Origin: Flaccisagitta enflata
Lineage: Eukaryota
Assembly (NCBI GenBank): GCA_965153355.1
Contig: OZ231126.1
Coordinates: 29,202,001 to 29,266,000, forward strand
Length of the DNA stretch: 64,000 nucleotides
Direction of reading: 5' to 3'
The notes under the pieces were generated by a model. That model did not search any database and was not told the DNA's origin. It saw nothing but the letters and a program-made list of their open reading frames with translations. This document shows, one piece after another, positions 28,438-64,000 of this stretch (the stretch's first letter is position 1; every line of letters begins with the position of its first letter). The translations under genes were made by a program, and so were the position numbers.

Positions 28438-28933
28438 TAGCTAGACCATACTTGATTCATGATCATTCAATTACACCGAGTCAAAATATCTCTTTTAATT
28501 TTTTTCTGTCCAAATATTGTTGATTTTGGAGTATCAATTTAAATGGGTTACCTTGTTTCGAGATCGTAAATTGCAAATGAGGAAGTCACCTCTTCAGGCG
28601 GTCGCTGCAAAAGAAAAAGATCAAAGGTCAGGTGGGGGGGGGCTGATATCTCTACGGAAAAAACAACGACAACGACAACAAAAACAACATAAGCAACGGC
28701 AGCAACAGCAACAACAACCACAACAACAGTAAAAGCAACAACAACAGGATCAACAACAATAAAAGCAACAACAACAACAAAATCAACAACAACAACAGCA
28801 ACGGCGACAACAGCAACACCAACAACAACAGGAACGACTAACAACAACCATAACTAAAACGGTGACAAAAAAAACACAACAAGAACAACATCAACAACAA
28901 AAACAACAAAAAAAAAACAAACAAAAAAGACAA

Positions 28934-29043
<110 letters not shown>

Positions 29044-29494
29044 GCTTACTCGGTCGGTGCGAATGCGGAACAAAATTCGTCTCAAATCCGGGGAAATTGA
29101 GAAGTCCTCTGCTTCGATGTTTCTCTGTGAAAATATATTGAAAATCAGGATGAATTTCTGTCTCTCAACTTTAGTCGCGTGCTACGCGACTCTACACACC
29201 GCTTTGTCCGTCCGTCCGTCCGTCCGTCCGTCCGTCCGTCCGTTAGTTTACTTTTTTGCCATTTTTGAGTGTTTTGAGCTCACCGCTCCTGCCCAAATGC
29301 CCTGGTGATCTTCTCCATCACTGCCCCTGCCAACCCGCACAAGACTAGGGTAGCCGTGTATCCGGCCGTTTTAGTTCTGTCGTTCGTTCATACTTCTTTC
29401 AAGCATTCTTGTATTCTTACACTCTAGTATTCTTGTATCAATTTTTTCTATATTCCTGTCTGTCTTTCTTCCTTTCTGTCTTTCTTCCTTTCTG

Positions 29495-29583
<89 letters not shown>

Positions 29584-29999
29584 TCTCCTCTCTCCTCTCT
29601 CTTTTCTCTTCTCTCTTTTTCTCCCTCTGCATTTTCTTTTTCTTCTCCTTCTACTGTATGCTGCCGACAGGGCCTTTGTAATGCCGAGTAGCGGCGCTAC
29701 CCGCTACTCCATGATCTACATGCCTGCTTTCTTTCTTTCTTTCTCAATTTCATACTTTCTTACTTTCGTTCTTTCTTTTACTTTCGTTCTTTCTTTCTTT
29801 TGCTTTCGCTCTTTCTTTCTACTCATCGCTCTGTTTATCTTTCCTCAATATTCTTTTATCCTTGGAGCTGGCCAATGCAATGGATTTCTTTTTGGAATTG
29901 GACGTGGATCGCGATCTATTTAGATCCGAGGGTCCCTGTCCCTGTCAGTGCCTTTTTCTGTCAGTCTTTTCCTGTCAGTCTTTTCCTGTCGACTTCCAT

Positions 30000-30088
<89 letters not shown>

Positions 30089-30090
30089 GT

Positions 30091-30183
<93 letters not shown>

Positions 30184-30429
30184 TTTGAAAATATTATCAG
30201 AGTGTCAGAGCAATACTTCCCGTCCTTTGAAGGTAAGTATTTTTGGCAAGTAGTAAAATAAAAGATCGACTCAAGCGCAGCTGGAGCTGCGCCGCAGCTG
30301 TGTCATTGTCGTTGCCACTGCTGCTGCTGCTTCAGCTGCAACTACGACATTCGTATTAGAATCATGACAAAACAGAAAACATTGCAGCTCTTTAAAATTC
30401 GTCAACCGCTGATAACTCGACAGGTAGAC

Positions 30430-31201
30430 CGTTAAAAGAAGAAGAAGGAGAAGAAGAAAAAGGAAAAGAAGAAGGAGAGGAAGAAGAAGAAGAAGAAGAA
30501 AATGAAAAACAAATTAAAAGGAAAAGAAAAAGATATCAAAAAGAAAAAGATAATGAAAAATTAAAGCAGGGGAGAAGAAGAAGAAGAAGAAGAGGAAGAA
30601 GAAGGAGGATGAGAAGAAGAAGAAGAAGAAGAAGAAGAAGAAGAAGAAGAAGAAGAAGAAGAAGAAGAAGAAGAAGAAGAAGAAGAAGAAGAAGAAGAAG
30701 AAGAAGGAAAACAAGAAGAAGAAGAAGAGGAAGAAGAAGAACCATTAAGGAGAGGGTGAAGACGAGAAAAAAGAAGAAGAAAAAGAAGAAGAAGGAGAAG
30801 AAGAAGAAGAAGAAAAAGAAGAAGAAGAAGAAGAAGAAGAAGAAGAAGAATTAGAAGAGGAAGAAGAAGAAGAAGGAGGAGAAGAAGAAGAAGAAGAAGA
30901 AGAAGAAGAAGAAGAAGAAGAAGAAGAAGAAGAAGAAGAAGAAGGAGAAGAAGAAGAAGAGGAAGAAGAAGAACCATTAAGGAGAGGGTGAAGACGAGAA
31001 AAAGAAGAAGAAAAAGAAGAAGAAGAAGAAGGAGGAGAAGAAGAAGAAGAAGAAGAAGAAGAAGAAGAAGAAGAAGAAGAAGAAGAAGAAGAAGAAGAAG
31101 AAGAAGAAGAGGAAGAAAAAGAAGAAGAAGAAGAAGAAGAAGAAGGAGAAGAAGAAGAAGAAGAAGAGGAAGAAGAAGAAGAAGAACAAGAAGAAGGAGG
31201 A

Positions 31202-31232
<31 letters not shown>

Positions 31233-31592
31233 AAGAAAAAGAAGAAGAAGAAGAAGGAAAACAAGAAGAAGAAGAAGAGGAAGAAGAAGAACCATTAAGG
31301 AGAGGGTGAAGACGAGAAAAAAGAAGAAGAAAAAGAAGAAGAAGAAGAAGAAGAAGAAGAAGAATTAGAAGAAGAAGAAGAAGAAGAAGAAGAAGAAGAA
31401 GAAGAAGAAGAAGAAGAAGAAGAAGAAGAAGAAGAAGAAGAAGAAGAAGAAGAAGAAGAAGAAGAAGGAAAAGAAGAAGAAGAAGAAGAGGAAGAAGAAG
31501 AACCATTAAGGAGAGGGTGAAGACGAGAAAAAGAAGAAGAAAAAGAAGAAGAAGAAGGAGGAGAAGAAGAAGAAGAAGAAGAAGAAGAAGAA

Positions 31593-31631
<39 letters not shown>

Positions 31632-31715
31632 AAAGAAGAAGAAGAAGAAGAAGAAGGAGGAGAAGAAGAAGAAGAAGAAGAGGAAGAAGAAGAAGAAGAA
31701 CAAGAAGAAGGAGGA

Positions 31716-31746
<31 letters not shown>

Positions 31747-31870
31747 AAGAAGAAGAAAAAGAAGAAGAAGAAGAAGGAAAACAAGAAGAAGAAGAAGAGG
31801 AAGAAGAAGAACCATTAAGGAGAGGGTGAAGACGAGAAAAAAGAAGAAGAAAAAGAAGAAGAAGAAGGGA
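30430..31870 (+). repeat. Higher-order (GAA)n array punctuated by a unique ~30-bp spacer
   Basis: accattaaggagagggtgaagacgagaaaa at 30741, 30973, 31291, 31502 and 31811. Confidence 0.9.
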
Positions 31871-32930
31871 GTGAGGGCCGTGAGCTTTAGGAGACCCCCG
31901 AGAGCTCTCCAAGTCTCTGAGACTCTCCGAGACTGCCTGGAGAGCTCTCCAAGTCTCCAAGACTCTCCGAGACTCTCCGAGACTCTCCAAGACTCTCCTA
32001 AGATAAGGGTCGGACGCGCTCTATCAAACCAGGTTTTGATGCGTGTCATTGACCATCAAAACATCTGTACCGTTTTTTCTTTTTTTTTTTTGCATAGAAT
32101 TGAAATTACTTTCTCATTACTTTTTTTCTAATTATGACATACCAGTAATGGCGGTTGTTGTTAACAGTAAATACACTATCCATTTAAAATTCTATTATTT
32201 TAGGAAACTTTGAATTAATATCTGATCATCATAACAATGTACTACAAGAAAAATTAAAACAAATATGTCTCTTTACCAAAAACATGAAAAAAAAATTCAA
32301 GGAAATTTTTACTCTATTTAGCAGTGAATCTATGGAAAAAAAGATCAGCATCAACTAATTTATTTTTGTATCACCTTTAACAAACACATAATGATGTAAC
32401 AGTACTGAAGGAATAAACAAAATATTACATCAAGTTCTTAATCTGACAATCTAAATTCTTTATTGAATCATCTCAACAAAATTATGAATTGGCACTTAAG
32501 AATCATGCAATAAAACATGATTTGAAAGTCGTGGCAGATGCAGAAAATCATGTTTCCACTGCCTGAAAGCTTATTCCAATCACCTCTTAAAATTATTTTA
32601 AAAAGATTTTATGGTCAATATCAGGGATGCTATCATATATGCATCAAGCAATGGAGGAAAAAGAGGGCCTCAAAAAGCCCTCCACAAGCCCTCCTCAAGC
32701 CCTCCGCCTCCTCCACCAATGGGAGAGGTTAAAGAGGGGAGTGTTTTCATGAGTTCTGGTGACCATGGAACCCTAATTATGGTTCCATGGGTCTGGAGGA
32801 GGTCTCGATCACGGTCTCCTAAGGCCTACGGCCCTAACTGGAAGAAGGAGAAGGAGAAGAAGAAGAAGAAGAAGAAGAAGAAGAAGAAGAAGAAGAAGAA
32901 GAAGAAGAAGAAGAAGAAGAAGAAGAAGAA

Positions 32931-32975
<45 letters not shown>

Positions 32976-33516
32976 AATATTATGAAAAAGGTAAGAAAGA
33001 AAAGAGGATAAGAGCAAAAGAAGGAAGAATCTGCAATGGAGGAAAATTTTGAATTGATCGATCGGGTATTAAAGTTCTTTTTTCAAATTTTGAGGTTGGA
33101 TCGCGCTAAAAAAGTAATGAAAATTGAACTGTAAATGTTTTATGGGAAATACCAGTATACCCAAAAAACACCATTTTTATTGTTGTTTTTTTTCACTCAG
33201 GTTAAAACAAAGGGGAAAAATCGTTCAATCAAAAAAAGAAAAAACAAAAGAATTCCAACCACTTATAAATGACTGCCTACATTGGATGAACAACATGGTC
33301 ATTGAAAATCTTAAAAGTAGAAAAAAAAAAAAAACAAGACAAAATTTGATCTCTTCTCAACCTCATCCTCTATCTGCCAGCAAAGCTTATAAATGATCCA
33401 AGGTGAGTTTTTATAAGCTCCTATAAACTTTTGGATTATACTGGGTAAGTTCTTGTCAAAGCCTTTTGCTCTAATCGGCTTTTTGCTGCGAAGAATTACG
33501 ATGAGCTTTCATTGGG

Positions 33517-33716
33517 AACAAGGCCGGATACACGGCCACCAGTTGCGGACGGGTGGGCAGGGGCGGAAATGCGAGTTTTCCCACTTTTCGACTCGATCAC
33601 CTCTACGGACCAACCGACCAACCAACCAACCAACCAACCAACCGACCAACCGACCGACCGACCAACCGACGGACGGACAAAGCCTCTTATAGAGTTGCGT
33701 GTCCGCAACTAAAAAA
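33517..33716 (-). mobile_element. Same DINE-1/Helentron-like family, minus orientation
   Basis: aacaaggccggatacacggc...(ACCA/ACCG)n...tagagttgcgtgtccgcaactaaaaa. Confidence 0.65.
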
Positions 33717-33774
33717 ATCGCTCTTTTGAAGATGAGGAGGAGGGAGGAGAAGGTAAGGAGTGGGAAGAGGAGCA

Positions 33775-33865
<91 letters not shown>

Positions 33866-34165
33866 TGTTCCGTGTGTTGCCTCACCTTCTGGCTCTTTTG
33901 CTGCTAGTCTCTGCATTAGATTGAGAAAATCATCTTTTCAAAGATGAGGAAAAAAATTGTTCAAAGATGCAAAGACACAGTTTGAAATACAACTTAAATC
34001 TGCGTGACATGACATCGCGGTGCGAAATCCGTTTTAACCAAATAAATCTCAACTAATGATAATGTGAAAGCAACCTTCATGACGCGTCTCCTCCACATCA
34101 ACTAAGTATCTATTCAATCTCATTTTAATTACAATCCAATGATTAACTTCCGTTGATTATCAATC

Positions 34166-53356
<19,191 letters not shown>

Positions 53357-54668
53357 ACAACTGCGACATTTTGATTTGGTGCAATAAATGAACAAGCAGA
53401 CGAACGAATAACAATCAATCTGATCAAGAAACCTACCATCCAATAAACTAACATAAAATAAAACAAAAAACAGACAACAGATGAACCAACAAAAAAAGAA
53501 GCAAAGTAACCAAAGCTGAAAAAAAAAATGACCTGTCTTTTGGGGGTTACATTCAATGACATATCCGTCCACTTTTATCCATGACATGTAGCTATACATT
53601 TATTTACAATAGGTGGACAAGTCAATGTATGTATTTTCTAGATATCCATGTTTTGGTTACAGTCGATCGGCTCGATCCTCTGGTCTTTTTCAGATATGCT
53701 TTGTGTAGGCTTCGTTTAATTTATTTTATAGTTAATTTTCTCATTGATCAAAAAGAAAATGAGCGCTCCAAACCTAACACTTGTTTCTCCGCTGATTTCG
53801 AGAAGGAATCTCTTGAAATTCATTTTTAGAGTACCTGTACAACTACCAGTAGTATTCTTCATACTGGAATTAAGATGCCGCCGCTTCTTTTTGATTAGAT
53901 TTTTTCATCATAACAGTCTCTGATGCTAAATTATAGGTAAACTATATGCTTAAACATTAAAAACTGATGAAATATTCAGGAAGGGAGTAGTTGTCTTCAG
54001 ACATACAGATTGTGGAGAAGCGGGAAGCACCGCTTCTCGGAAGCAGGGTGACAGAGTTGGAAGATCATGCACAATGGCATGAGTAAAAAATAAAGTTATG
54101 CTTTTGAAGAGCACTCACATCTTTGTCACAAGTCTTTTCTTTATTGAATAATCTTAAAACTCTGGTTTTTTCCTAAATTCTCCCACCTTAAAGATTAATT
54201 TGACAAAAATCTACTTGATTTTTGTAGAAGTCTGCCATTTTAGACTGTATTCTGGTTGTCAGAATCTTTCAGAGCCATAATCCTGCTTCCTGGAAGCTAA
54301 GAATATCAATATCTGGTTGTCTTGTGGTTCCTTTTGTTAGAAATCGTTTATGCCTTTCCAGTTAAGCTCAAGAAAAAAAAATTCAAAAGATCAACTTTTT
54401 CCAAAATCATTGAAAGGTGCAGGGTAATACCCCGTTTTAGACTCTCCCAGCGGCTCGCTTCTTTACACATGATCATTCTCGTTTCAAGACAACTCAGTAT
54501 AGGAATTCTCTATGACCCACTGTATGGTGTACAGCGGGCCCCTTCCATGGGTACTTCTTCGTCGTTGTTCGTGCTCGTTTGCCTGTCGCTTCATGGGCTT
54601 TACAGTGTTTTTGGGCTTATTTTTCCGTTTTTGAAAATTACTTTAGCTTTACTCCTTCCGATCTTATA

Positions 54669-54968
54669 CAGTCTATGGACATTTCGATATTTGTAGATAT
54701 GTCAGCAGTTTGGCATATCTCAACCCCTTGAGATCACTAATTCTGAGATATTTCAACCGGTTGAGATCTCTCATTCTGGCACATTTCAACGCGTTGAGAT
54801 CTTTCACTCAACTGAGATAAATCTTGGACATAAGAGATCTCAACATGTTGAAATGTGCTAGAATGAGAGATCTTAACGGGTTGAAATATCCCAGAATGAG
54901 TGATCTCAAGGAGTTGAGATATGCCAAACTGCTGACATATCTACAAATATGGAAATGTCCACTGACTG
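54669..54968. mobile_element. 300-bp fold-back MITE, TA TSD
   Basis: ta|cagtctatggacattt...gatatgtcagcagtttggcatatctcaac vs gttgagatatgccaaactgctgacatatc...aaatgtccactgactg|ta. Confidence 0.9.
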
Positions 54969-55270
54969 TATATTGTCGTTAACTGTATCTCATGCACTTT
55001 ATGATCCCCGTGATCGTCTCTAGTCCTATTTAAACCCGCGCTCAGTTTTTTGATTTTTTTTCCCTTAAAGATTCTGAATAAGTTTGAGCAACAAAGTAAA
55101 ACTGTCCAAAGTCGATCATGAAACAAAGGCAAAGACGGAGAGATGTGATGTGACATTCATATGACGTAAGAGGGACGAAAAGCAGAAAGAAAAAGACTAA
55201 AACTAAAATAAGACGTGGGTTAGGAAAAGGGAAAAAGACAAAGAATACAAGGTCAAAAACGACGAAGAAG

Positions 55271-63151
<7,881 letters not shown>

Positions 63152-63799
63152 TATTTGGGGATGAGGGTTACAGATGAGGGGGGGGGGGTTACAGAAGAGG
63201 GGTTACAGAATGGTGCTATTCATTTAAGAGAAGGCGGTGTGGCTTGAAGTGTCATAGAGAGGGAGAGACGCGGGCAAATGTTGTATGAAGTTTTTTTTCT
63301 TCATGATATGTGTATATTTGTTTAAAAAACAACAACAAATCAAAGCCGAATGGAAAGCAAGAAATAAACGAGTAAAGAATAACTCAATATCTACCCACAG
63401 CTTGTCCCCAATTAGGGAGATAGCCAAATTGCGAGAGAAGATCTGAGTGGCTTAAAATGATAGGAAGGCGGAAAGAAGCAAAACGTAAGACAAAATAAGA
63501 ATTGAGGGTATGCCCATGGGATGGGAAAGGAAGGTCTTTGTTTTTGTGGTAAAAATGATGGGGTTGGAGGAGAAAAGAAAGGAGCGTTCGCTTGACCAGA
63601 CTTTTCATTTCCAGTCATCATGAGTTTCTAGGATAAAATTTCAGAATAAGAAAGCTCTGAGAAAGAAAAGAAAGATTGAAGAAAGCAAAGAAGGAAAGAA
63701 GAAAGAAAAGGAGGAAATCCGAGTTTTGTGTTTTGATGTGAACGGATATCAGAAATTTAATCAAGTGGACAAAAAAATGACGAGGATGGAGGAGAGGAC

Positions 63800-63885
<86 letters not shown>

Positions 63886-63889
63886 AATA

Positions 63890-63952
<63 letters not shown>

Positions 63953-63966
63953 AGAGAAAGAAAGAG

Positions 63967-64000
<34 letters not shown>

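Noticed and set aside
30741-31840. CRISPR-like pattern: identical ~30-bp repeat with intervening sequence
   Set aside because: Intervals are 200-300 bp of (GAA)n, not unique spacers; no cas genes; eukaryotic context.
54016-54039. 9-bp hairpin gagaagcgg/ccgcttctc
   Set aside because: No Helitron CTRR end or element boundaries were found, and terminator logic does not apply to a eukaryote.

Overview
AT-rich, extremely microsatellite- and transposon-rich eukaryotic DNA, probably from an invertebrate animal; the taxon cannot be determined from the sequence. Most ORFs in the supplied track are microsatellite artefacts. Three real spliced transcription units could be assembled by hand with GT-AG junctions and consistent phases. 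(1) A 9-exon + strand gene (34166-53356, 1068 aa) for a single-pass membrane protein with a signal peptide, a SUEL/Gal-lectin-like domain and two divergent CUB-like domains, whose loops are swollen by in-frame microsatellites. (2) A 7-exon + strand ankyrin-repeat gene (55271-63151, 504 aa). (3) The most interesting item: a ~3.95 kb TIR element (21127-25071, ~150-bp repeat-built TIRs, 8-9 bp TSD, Mutator/Phantom-like). It carries a spliced minus-strand gene in which a FLYWCH-type transposase N-terminus is joined to a SETD8/PR-Set7-like (H4K20) SET domain, with no DDE core and two frameshifts. That element sits on the tip of an older 9-bp-TSD MITE, probably inside a third element. The remainder is Tc1/mariner-pogo-like and hAT-like MITEs, fold-back elements, a DINE-1/Helentron-like short repeat family whose central 10-bp arrays expand into minisatellites, and a higher-order (GAA)n array. 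All domain and family names come from motif recognition by eye, not from database searches.
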